From the human T2T-CHM13v2.0 reference genome, Homo sapiens: a stretch of DNA of 64,000 nucleotides. The first letter of the stretch is position 1; the number at the start of each line of letters is the position of its first letter. The position numbers were made by a program, and so were the translations under genes. This document shows, in pieces, positions 1 through 13,373 of this stretch. The stretch is taken from assembly GCF_009914755.1 (NCBI RefSeq), contig NC_060929.1. One strand, written 5' to 3'. The notes below the pieces were generated by a model. It ran no database searches. It was given only the letters and a program-made list of their open reading frames with translations, and was not told the origin of the DNA.

Positions 1-90
1 TAAGAATACTATATATAAATGTACATTTTAAATGAGTGAATTCTATGGAATGCAAACCATATCTCAGTAAAAGGAAAAATGCGAAATAAA
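1..90 (+). mobile_element. 3' terminus of an old L1M (L1MB/MC/ME-type) element
   Basis: tgtacattttaaatgagtgaattctatgg...atatctcagtaaa followed by an A-rich tail resembles L1M 3' ends. Confidence 0.5.
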
Positions 91-361
91 AAAAGAGTTG
101 AAAACTTCAAAACCAGTCTCAATAATAGATAGAGCAATTAAACTGAAAGAAAATTAAAAAGATAAATCAATGACTTGAGCAGCATAACTAACCAACTTGA
201 CCTATTTTGTATAACATAAATATACATGTATGAAGTATATTATATGCTTATGCATATTTATGAAGCAATTTATTCAACAATAGGAGAATACACATTCTTG
301 TAAAGCACACATAAAACATTTTCCAGGATAGATCACATTCTGGGCTATAAAATAAACCTCA

Positions 362-649
362 GGCGGGCGCGGTGCCTCAAGCCTGTAATCCCAGCACTTT
401 GGAAGGCCGAGGCGGATGGATCTCTTGAGCTCAGGAGATCAAGACTAGGCTGCACAACATGGTGAAACACTGTCTATACAAAAAATACGAAAATTGTCCA
501 GCATGGTGGTGAGTACCTGTGGTCCCAGCTACTTGGGGGGCTGAGGTGGGAGGATTGCTTGAGCCTGAAAGGTTAAGGGTGCAGTGAGCCCTGATTGTGT
601 CACTGCAGTTCAGCCTGGGTGACAGGGTAAGATCCTGCATTAAAAAAAA
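362..649 (+). mobile_element. Alu, J-type
   Basis: Dimeric Alu (gcctgtaatcccagcactttgg...ggaggattgcttgagcc); degenerate TSD aaataaacctc / aaaaaagcctc. Confidence 0.93.
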
Positions 650-1968
650 GCCTCAATAAATTTTTAAAGGATTGTAATCATACAAAGTATATTTCTTGAC
701 CATACCAGGATTAAATTAGAATTCAATGATGGGGAGAAATTTGGGAAATCATCAAATGTGGGAATTAGGCAACACACTTCTAACTAACCTAAGAATTAAA
801 GAATAAATGTAAAAAAAGAAAATATTTTGAAATGAATGACAAGAATACACAGCATCAAAAATACAGAAGTGTTTAGAGGAAAAATGTAGAGCTCTGAATA
901 TCTATACTAGGATAGAAGAAACGTATAAAATCAATAACTGAAACTTTTGCTTTATGAAATTACAACAGAGAAACTAAACCCAAACCAGGCAGAAAGAAGG
1001 AAATTGCAAAATCAGAGTAAAAGTCAATGAAATAGAAAACTGAAAAAATACTGAAGACTATGAAAGATGGCTCTTTGAAAAGGTTGATATTCATAAACTT
1101 TTAGCTAGAATAACTACAAAATAAAAAGAGCAAATGTGAAATATCAAATCAGGAATCAAGGGAGGGCATCCTTAATACAGAACTGAAAAAAAAATGTAAA
1201 TAAATATTATGACAACTCTATGCCAAAATATTAGACAATGTAAATAACATATAAAAATTGCTGGAAATGCTTGAATTGCCAAAACTGACTAGAGAAGAAA
1301 TAGAAAATCCCCACATTATCTATCAACATGTTAAAAATAATAATACTAATCTTACACAAATTATTTCAGAAAATACTGGAGGAAGTAACATCTTCCATTC
1401 ATTCTGTGAGGCCAGTACTACACTTATACCAAGCCCAGGTAAATAGCTCAAAAGAAAAAAGGCCAATATCTCTCATAAACATGGGTGCAAAAATACTTAA
1501 TGAAATGTTAGTAAAGCAAATTCAACAACTCATGAAATATGACCACGATTTTAATACTAGGAATGCTAGGTAGGTTTAAGATCCCAAAACAAGACAATAT
1601 ACAATTTTAATAGTTTAATGACCAAAAACTATATATCAATAGGTGTAAAAAATATTTAATGAGTTCCAATATTCACTCATATTTTTGAAAAAAATTCAAT
1701 ATAATCGGATTATAGAGGAATTCTTCTCTCTGATATAGGCATCTATGAAAAATCCACAGCTGACATCATATTTAATGGTAAAGGACTCAATGCTTTTCCA
1801 GTGCTATGAACAAACCAAGAATATATACTTTCACCATTTCTATTGAATATCAAACTTGAGATTTCATATTGTTCTTAGGAAATTTTAAACTTACAGGTTG
1901 GAAATAAGTAAACAAAACTCCTTTTATTCACAGATAGTATGATTCTTTTTATAGAGAATCGTAAGGAA

Positions 1969-1998
1969 TGTGCATGCATGCGCACACACACACACACA
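1969..1998. repeat. (CA)n microsatellite with purine-pyrimidine lead-in
   Basis: tgtgcatgcatgcgcacacacacacacaca. Confidence 0.9.
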
Positions 1999-3433
1999 AC
2001 TAGAACTAATAAATGAATTTTTAAAGAACCTCAAAATACAAGATCAATATTTTAAAAATAAATTGTATGTTTATACATTAACAACATAAAAACTGAAAAT
2101 GAAATTTAGAAAATTATTCTTGTTGTCATGAGAAGAAATAAAATATCTGAGAATCATTGAAAAAAAGAAATGAAGGTTGGTACATTAAAAATTACAAAAC
2201 ATTGTAAGAGAGACCAAATAAGATATAAATAAATAAATTGAGAGATGTCCCATTTTCATGTACTAAAACATACAAGATTGTTAAGACATCAGTTATTTCC
2301 AAATGCATCTACAGATTCATAACAATCCCTAAAAAATATCCTAGTATGCCATTTTTTTAAGGTGGAGAGGGAGGTAAAATTGATAATACTACAAAATTTA
2401 TTTAAAATCCAAGAACTTGGAATGGACAATGTTTTCAGTGAAGAAATGTTTAGAGGATTTAGACTACTTGGTTTCAAAACTGACTAAAAAGTTACAGGAA
2501 TCAAGACAATGTGGCACTGGACTGAGGATAGGAACATACATCAATGGAACAAATCAGAGAAACCAGAAATAGACCCTGGCATTATGGTGAATAGATTTGT
2601 TAACAAATGGGACTAGGCAATTCAATGGATATAGTCTTTTCAATAAATATGCTGAGACAATTGAATATCAATATGAAGAATAAAGTGAAAGAGAGAAATT
2701 AGATTCCTACCTCACGCCATACACAAAAATTAACTCAAAATAGATCTTAGACATAAACTTAAGAGTTAAAAGCTATACAATTTTTAGAAATGATCCTTGT
2801 GTCCTAGATTAGGAAGAGAGTTTTTAGATATGACACCAAAATGACAATACATAAAAGAAAAAGGAAATGAAATAGTGGACTTTAAAAATCAAAAACCAAA
2901 CACTTTTATATTTTCTATAACATCATTAAATAGTTGAAAGCACAAGCCACAGACCTGGGAAATATAATGTAAATAGTATATATAATATAGAACTTTTATT
3001 CAGAATATATTAAAAACTCTTACAACTCAATAATAATACACTCCAGTTTTTTAAAAAGGCAAAGGATGTGAAAAAGAAGAGTTGAAAATAAGTAATACAC
3101 ACAAGAAAACATGCTCACTGTCATCAGTAATTAGAAAAATCTAAATTAGAATTATGAGAAGAAAACACTAGATTCCCTCTAGAATGGATATAGTCAGACA
3201 ATGACGGCATGGAAAGCTGCTGAGATGTAGAGAAACTGAACACTCTTCTCAATTCCTGTTCAGAATAAAAATGGAATAATTACTTATAACACGTTGACAA
3301 TTTCTTCAAAAGTCAATAAAAATTTAGCTTACACTCCAACAATAGCAGCTTCTTGATTTGGATGATTAATTCTTAGTTATTCTACTTTTCTTTTTCTTTG
3401 ATGTTGCTTTAGTTTTAAAAGTATATACTTTTA

Positions 3434-3557
3434 CATTGGGTACAGTGTACACTGCTCGGGTGACAGGTGCACCAGATTCTCAGAAATCACCATTAAAGAA
3501 CTTATCCATGTAACCAAACAGCACCTGCTCCCCAAACACTATTGAACTAAAAAAAAT
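3434..3557 (+). mobile_element. L1PB-type 3' end, heavily 5'-truncated
   Basis: cattgggtacagtgtacactgctcgggtg...aaagaacttatccatgtaacc; 16-bp TSD aaagtatatactttta (3418-3433) / aaagtgtatgctttta (3558-3573). Confidence 0.85.
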
Positions 3558-3569
3558 AAAGTGTATGCT

Positions 3570-3841
3570 TTTATTTTGGATTGCAGGGTATGTGTGCACG
3601 TTTGTTACATGGGTATATTGCAAGATGCCGAGGTTCGGGGTACGAAAGATCCCAACACCCAGGTAAGGATTATGGTACTCAGGAGTTCTTCAACCCTAGC
3701 CCAGCTCCCTCCCTCCCCCATCTAATAGTCCTCAGTGCCTACTGTTGTCATCTTTACTTCCATGAGCACTCCATGGTTAGCTCCCACTTAATGAGAACAT
3801 CCTGCATTTGCTTTTCTATTCCTACATTAATTTACTTAGGA
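3570..3841 (-). mobile_element. L1PA15/16-like 3' end, antisense
   Basis: tttgttacatgggtatattg...gaggttcggggtacg...ctcccactt..gagaacat matches old L1PA 3'UTR in reverse. Confidence 0.8.
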
Positions 3842-4380
3842 TTCAGATGTGAATTGCCCTCTAATTATAGCTTCAGCTGTATCATTTCTGATTAGGTAAT
3901 TATCATTTAGTTAAAATGATTTCTGGTTTTCATCAACTTCTTTTTTGGCTCAATGAATATTTTAAAATGTTTTGTTCAGTTCCCAAATACTTGGAGACTT
4001 ATCTTCTCAAATTAATTTATACCTTAATTTTACCATGGTCAGAATACATGCTCTCAATCAATTTAGTTCTACAAAATGACAAACATTTTGTGTGTGTTAG
4101 AAAAGAATGCGTATCCTGTGTTCTTGAGTTGAATATATCTATTCTATCAATTTTGAAAATCATCTAATCATCTAAATCCTTACTATTTAAAGACTCAAAT
4201 TTCATGAAGAAAAATTGTGATGCTAAATAAACAAAAAGGAAAATCTACAATCATAGGTAAAGATTTTAACACAACTCTCTCAGTAATTAGTAGAACCAGT
4301 TAGGAATTATATCTATCTGTTGAATTGACTACTTCATCATTATAAAATACCTTTATGTCTCGTTATGCTTTTAGTCTTAA

Positions 4381-4510
4381 CTCATTTATACCTGAGGTGG
4401 CAACTTTTTGAATTTGAAAAATCAGACCTAGGCAATGATCTTGAGCAGCAGGAGATAAATAACTCCCACATGCTTAGCGTTCCAATAATGAAACATTTGG
4501 CATAAATGAG
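4381..4510 (-). mobile_element. MER85 piggyBac MITE
   Basis: TTAA flanks (4377-4380, 4512-4515), TIRs ctcatttatac / gcataaatgag, internal aaaaatcagacc...ataactcccacatgcttagcgttccaataatg. Confidence 0.92.
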
Positions 4511-4859
4511 TTTAAGCCCTATTTTGCATGTTATTCAAATATTTACACCAGCTTTTTTCTGCTTATTTGTTGCATGGTATATATTTTCCCATCCTTTTGC
4601 TTTCAAATGTACATACTTGTAATGAAAGATATGTCTTTATGGGAGCTTACATTTGTTTTTTTTAAATTCAGCCTGGTCATTAATTTAAAAACTGAAATAT
4701 TTGACTCATTTACATTTAATATGTTTTGTTTTTTTTTTCCTTCATCATGACTTTTTTTTTAACCAATTAGGTACTTAAATTTTTTTTCATTTCCCCCTAT
4801 TTACTTGTTAATTACATAGCATTTAATATTATTGTTGAACTCACAAATGACACGTATTA

Positions 4860-7041
<2,182 letters not shown>

Positions 7042-10000
7042 TTATTAATATCAACTTTAAATGAAACCTCTAATTTTGTTATAATACCAGGTCTTCCAAC
7101 AGTACAACTCCATTTACACTATCCCACCTCCTCAACATGCATACCTTTTATGCTGCTGTTGTACAATACTTAAATTCTACATATATTTTAAACCACCTAG
7201 ATAGATTGATTGTTTTAAGCAGTAACTATTTGTGTAAAAACATCCTTCAATATTGCCCTTAGCGTGACTCTGTCACTAAATGATTTTCTCCCATTTTATT
7301 TGTTTGATGATGTCTTTGACCTTCCTTCCTGAAGACTCCTCATTCTCAATATTTTTCTTAGTTAGAGACTGATACTGTGACAGTGTTAAGGTTTCTATTG
7401 TCTCGGCTCATGTAAGACATCATTGCATTTCATTTTCGTTTCCACTGGTTCTATGGAGAACTCAGCTGAGTCCAAATGCTGTCTCTTTTGAAGGAAATAT
7501 GTCAGTCTACCTGTCCGGGTTTAAGAGTTCCTCCCTACATTTGATTTTTAGAAGTACTACTGTGATGTCCATAAGTCTCCTTCCTTTGCTTATTTTTAGT
7601 GGGGTTTTCCTCGTTTATCCTGTTTGAGATGTGTGCAGCTTCACGGATCCTTAGCAGGGGATCTTTTGCCAGTTTTGGAACATTCTCAGTTAAAATATTT
7701 TTTGAACACTTCGGCAAATTCTTCCTTACCTTTCCTTCTGGATTCTAATTACAGGTACCTTTTACTTTTACACTATGCCGCATATTTATCTTAATTTTTT
7801 TCTGTACTTTTTCTTGCCTTAACCTAGATGTTTTCTACTGACCAATCTTCCAGTTAATAAATCATCTTTAATTGCATATTCATTTTACTTTAAACACATC
7901 TTCTAAATTTATAATTTTATAAATTATATATTTGTTCAATGATACAACATTTATTTTCAGGATATTGGCCTCCAAAATCCTGGCTGAATTTCCCATGTTT
8001 TCAAACAGTCTTCCTTCTTTCTTCCCTTTTATTTATTTAAAAAGAAATTTTCCTACCTTTATGCTAGTCCTTGATTGGAGGGCTGGGCTAATACAAGCTA
8101 CCTGATTGTAGTCAAATGAATTAGAAAGTCAACAGAAAAACAGGAGTGTGGTGGCAGTAGTTTTGCAAGATGACTCAACCAAAAGAGGCAGAGTCAGGGG
8201 CTGTACCTAAAACAAATTTCTTACACCAATTTTCCCCTTAAAAGTAAAGGTGGACTTGTCACCACAAACCTCTCTCAAGAGGGCAGGTGAGGAATCATTG
8301 GCTGCGTCCCAGGCCTCATAGGAACACCAGTGCCTAGAGTAGTTGTCTTTGGTGGTAGGAAATGACAGACTTTCTATCAGAGAGGCTTTTATTAAATCAC
8401 AAATATAACGTAAAAAATTAAAACCAAATGTCAAACCCTACATGTGACAGGATAGCTGGCTCCAGGAGCTTAATGATTAAAGAAGAGAGCGTGTGGGCCC
8501 AAGGGTTTTCTTTGAAGGAGAGAAGTAACTGGCGTAAAGGCCCTCAAACTCTCAACTCAGCAGCCAAAAGGAGGCACAGACGCCAAAGACCTCAAGCATT
8601 TTCCGAAGGACGGGAAAGGAGTGGGGAATAATATTGGGCTCCTGGGTCTTACACACATGGCATGACTCCTTATGCCAGGGGTGCACTCATTTCTAAGCCT
8701 GTCTTAGAACTGGCAGGTGTCAGAATGAGAACTATGTAAAGATTTGAAAGTATTTAATGATTTTATCTCTTGCAATGCCTGCTATCTTCATATATTTAAA
8801 ATATTTCCATCACAAAAGCAACCAGATGGCATTGCCAAGATGGACATATAGGATGAAGCACCATGGGAAGGTTCTGAGAGGGCCTTCGTCGAAGTTCACT
8901 GCTGAGCTTGAGCTCTGTTGGGTTCTGGGGCGGGGGCTCAGATACAGGGAGAGTTTGACCTTCCAGGAATGCTCCCTGACTGGGGGCCATCAGTGCTGGT
9001 CTGCAGGTGATGGGCGACCAATCCGCTGTTGGCACCAATGATAAATTGGCTGTGCCAGCCCCCTTCCTTCATTCCCAGGAAGCTCCGATAAAGGTTGTCA
9101 GCTCCTGGAATGCATTTTTTAGTACAGTTACCTATTGCCTGTGGGCAGATGTTTTAATTTCAACCAACTTAGAGGACACTATCATTTAAAATACTGATCA
9201 GTTCAGACCATCCTGTATAATACGTAATTTATGAGAAATGAACTTCGAACTTTGTTAAGCAATTTGATATAAAACCTGTAGGGCACATTCTTGCCATTTC
9301 TACAAATAGTAACTGTGAGTAAGAGCAGAAGATGTGGTCAGGAAGTGAGTGCTCATTCAGGTAACCTCGGTGACCCTTACAGCACTGAAAGGAACCTCTG
9401 CTCTGTGGCATCTCCAAGGGTGGAAGATTGGACATTCAACCAGTGTTTCGGTTTGTGGGATGAAACGTTAGCAATTGCAAAATCTTTGACTAGGAAGGTT
9501 TCATGGGCAAGCTTGATAAATTGTTCCAGGGCTAAGAAACAGTAAATACTCCTGTTGAAATACTTCACTTTGCTCAAGTTTCCCCTAATTTTTGACACCA
9601 GAGACAACATTAAACAAACATGTTCTAACTTCATCTTTTCTCAAGGCCTGGCTATATACACACAATATTTCTGCAGTGTTGCCCTTGTGTTTGCATATTT
9701 ACCCCCAAAAGCCCAGTGGACATCTGTGAAAATGAATCCCACATTGGGAAGCTACTGTAACACAAACTTCGCTCAGGAAGTCAGATGTCTGCAAACACAA
9801 GAATGTACCTATGTTTCTCAGGTTTAAAATCAAGTTCAACTGCAGGTTGATCTGCCTTTGCAGCATCCTCTGCAGGCTTTATTAAGATGATAAATGCTTT
9901 CCAGCCTGCCATGCTTAGCGAACACATGACACATATGAACACACACTATATAGGCTTTCTAGTCTGTACAGCATATATTTATATTATTAATTTCTTTCAA

Positions 10001-12067
10001 TATTTCTGTATAATGTGTATTTTCTTTAATGATTTAACCTGGATATTTGCTCTAAGACTACCTGCCCACATCGTTACATATTTATTATAATAATATATCA
10101 CTTTGTAAGCTGTGTTTTTGATATTTGTTTATCATTGTAAATAATGACACAAAATCATCCCACATTACACGGGGACAGCAAGTACTTTAGAACACTAGAA
10201 AAACCAGACTGTGGAGCCCTGCCTTTGAAATACGATTTAAAACAGAATTTATAATGTCGCAGAATTACATAAAACTGTGTGAAATTGTGCAGATAATCAT
10301 TTAAATCTCTCTACATGAAAAGATAATTGCTCCAGAAATTAACTGTACCTGGGGTTCATTCATTTGGTCATGGCTAGTTTCTTATGTAGTGATGATTTGA
10401 TATCAGAGCTAATTAAGATCGGGTCAGAGTTGGTGAAGGTCAGACATTAATGTGTGGGATCATTGAAATGATAATTATAAACAGATTAGGAAGCCACGGT
10501 CCTTTATAAGGGGTTATTAGATAATTACTGTGAGAGTGAACGGCTTACTGTAATAATGGATTATCGACTACTTACAGCGTTTTAAGGGTGAGAGTGTATT
10601 CCTTCCTCAAGGACTAAAGAATAACGTTGTTGAAACTCAGAGCTCAGTAAATAAAGTAGAATGGTAGCTCCAGCCCATTTTTCCCTGAAAGGATTTTTAT
10701 TTTAGGGGATGCCTGTTATCACTGATGTCCTTGCTGTCCTGTGGACAATGATGGCATGTCTTGAGAGGGGTAGGGAAGGAAAAATAGTATTAGGATTCTC
10801 TACTGTTAGACAAGGAGAACGAGGAGATGAGGAAGGTTTTGCTTTCCTCTCTGGTTCATTTATTTATAAGCTTTCCTGAATATTGGAAATCCATGAAAGC
10901 ACAGGGTAGAATGAAAGCCGCTCAGCCCATTTGGCGTCTTCAGGATAGAGGTGCATTTCACCCTGGTGTGCCTTTCACTGGGAACACTCTGACAATGCAA
11001 TGACATGAGCTATCGGTGAGGCTAACAGACACTGGGCTGCAGAGGAGTCCACATTCAGGACCTGGGGATTATGTGGGACAACTCTTTTCTCATCTGAAAT
11101 CCTGTGGTGGGCCCCTGTTCACAATGCCTTTGCTTCACGTCTTGCCACAAAGGTGGGCTTTCCAGAAAAATGAGCTCATGCATATAAAGAAATATTCAGG
11201 CTCCCTTTAACATACTATCTGACTTAAGTATTCACAACTTTGATAACATGGCCACAATTCCTGCTGAGTCTTCATCTTCTGTGTAATAAAAAGCAGCAAC
11301 TTTCAACGAATGCTATTTATGATGTGGATCAGGAAAGCAATTGGAAAACATATGGAACGTCATGTTTTAATTCTTTTTCCACCTTGTTAAAACAATTTGT
11401 CTCTAGGAGAGATTCCAGGGTCGACCTCGAATTCTAAGGGGTGGGATGGAGTTGCTTTTGTCATCTTTGTGGATTCTTTCTTCAGCGCAGGAGGGGCTGG
11501 CACTGCCCGGACGCCTGTTGTGGAAGGGCAGAGACTGTTGGTCATCAGGGGCTTTCTGTCTGCAGGGCCCAGGGCGTGTGAGCATCCACATCGCACCTTG
11601 GGCCCAGGCTCAGAGCAGGGCCTTCTGGATCCCTGGCTGCGTGAAGAGGGCTTTGGCCTCAGCAGGATTTGTGTGTTGACACAATGCAGGCTGTACCCTG
11701 TTTCTGGCCTGTCGCCATAAAATGCCCAGAATCCAACATGACAGAAATGTGGGTTGAGCATTTTTGCAGAAATGGGATCTGCATCTGGGAATTAAAAGCA
11801 AGAATGAGCGTCTGAAGCATGATGAGGTATGGACCTCCAGTGTCCCAGCCCCACTGCCTGGACTATCAATGGGCCAGGAAGTTGGGCCCGTTCCAATAGG
11901 ATGTGAGATTGAGCATACCCTGTGCCAGCCCAGGCATTCCTGATTCCTAGTCATGTCTTCGCTGACCCCTAGTGACCTGGGACACTGCTCCCCATTGGTC
12001 CTGACCTAATCACCTTCAAGTCAGCCTTATAGCAGAGTCTCATGTCTCGTTTCTCTCCCATTTCCAC

Positions 12068-12377
12068 TTTTTTTTTCCTTTTTTTTTTTTTTTTTTTGAG
12101 ACAGTCTCACTCTGTCACCCAGGCTAGAGTGCAGTGGCACAATCTTGGCTCATTGTGACCTCTGCCTCCTGAGTTCAAGCGATTCTCATGCCTCAGCCTC
12201 CTGACATAGCTGAGATTACAGGCATGCACCACCACGCTCAGCTAAGTTTAGTACTTTTAGTAGAGATAGGGTTTTGCCATGTTGGCCAGGCTGGTCTCGA
12301 ACTCCTGATCTCAAGCAATCTACCCGCCTCGGGCTCCCAAAGTGCCAGGACTACAGGGGTGAGCCGCCATGCCCAGT
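12068..12377 (-). mobile_element. Alu (old S/J type), antisense
   Basis: Poly-T then gagacagtctcactctgtcacccagg...gagccgccatgcccag; TSD-like ccatttccacttt / ccatttctgcttt. Confidence 0.95.
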
Positions 12378-12736
12378 GCCATTTCTGCTTTCTCTGTAGG
12401 TATGCTTAGTGTTTCCAGTAATCAAAGGAGGGTGAAAACAGCAGTGAACGGGGGCGCAGGTAATTGGGAGTACATTCATTTGCCTTGGTCTGTACATTAG
12501 TTGAGAAGGGTTGGTTGCCTATGGAAGAGTATGTGGCAGTCTCCGTCATTTGTATTCTTTTGAGGTTGCCCAGAAGGAGAAGTCATCTTTAGCTGGCCAA
12601 GGGAGGATTCCACCTCTAGAGAAGGTCCCTTGAACAGTCGGCTTCGAAGGTACTTCCTGCTTGTGATTTGGGGCGCTCTTCCAACTTCCAGAGAAGGCGA
12701 AAACATTTCTCTCTAAGAAGGATGCTTCATCTAGAA

Positions 12737-12962
12737 CAGGGACGTCCAATTTTTTGGCTTCCCTGTGCCGCCTTGAAAAAAGAAGAATTGTCTTTGATCA
12801 CACATAAAATACACTAACACTGACGATAGCTGATGAATGAGCTAAAAAAAGAATCTCAAAAAAAAATCTCATAATGTTTTTAAAAAGTTTATGAGTTTGT
12901 GTTGGGCCACAAAGTTGTCCTGGGCTGCATGCAGCCCATGGGCCACAGGTTGGACAAACTTG
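12737..12962 (+). mobile_element. MER30 (hAT-Charlie MITE), full length
   Basis: cagggacgtccaat...cacataaaatacactaacac...ggttggacaaacttg. Confidence 0.92.
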
Positions 12963-13373
12963 AATAGAAGCATGCTTTGCTGGAAACTTCTCCATTATTG
13001 AGAGTCTCAAGAAACAGGATTGCAGGAGGCTGGTGTTCTTGACCAGGTCATCTGGACAGCCACAGTTCCACCAAAGCAGGCCTGGAAAGAGAACTACACC
13101 GTTATGATGCGGCTCTGTCTGTGAAAGATAATGACTCACCTACCAAATAATTCAGAAGGTTAAAATCTGAAGTTTAACTGCAGTGTTTAAACCCTGCTTT
13201 CAAAACAGCACCCCAGAATCTTTGCACCTCACTATGTGGTCCAGGGTGAAACGGAAGGACAGGGAAGTTCACATGACTCAAGGTGAACCTCTTCCAATCA
13301 CAGGCATAAATTACTGGTGCTTTGACACTGTGGTTCCTGGGTCAACGTGATGCTATTGTGACTTGTTCATGAT

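Larger units (their letters stand above)
91..3345 (+). mobile_element. Old L1M ORF2 remnant, sense, interrupted by an Alu
   Basis: A-rich strand with collinear ORF2-like segments; ORFs 1258-1446 (LPKLTREEIEN) and 1328-1573 (RPISLINMGAKILN) resemble L1 ORF2p; many stops and frameshifts. Confidence 0.85.

Noticed and set aside
3434-3841. Twin-priming L1 inversion
   Set aside because: The fragments are tail-to-tail 3' ends of different subfamilies and the sense piece has its own TSD
10389-10480. Box C-like GTGATGA suggesting a C/D snoRNA
   Set aside because: No box D CTGA or terminal stem at a suitable distance
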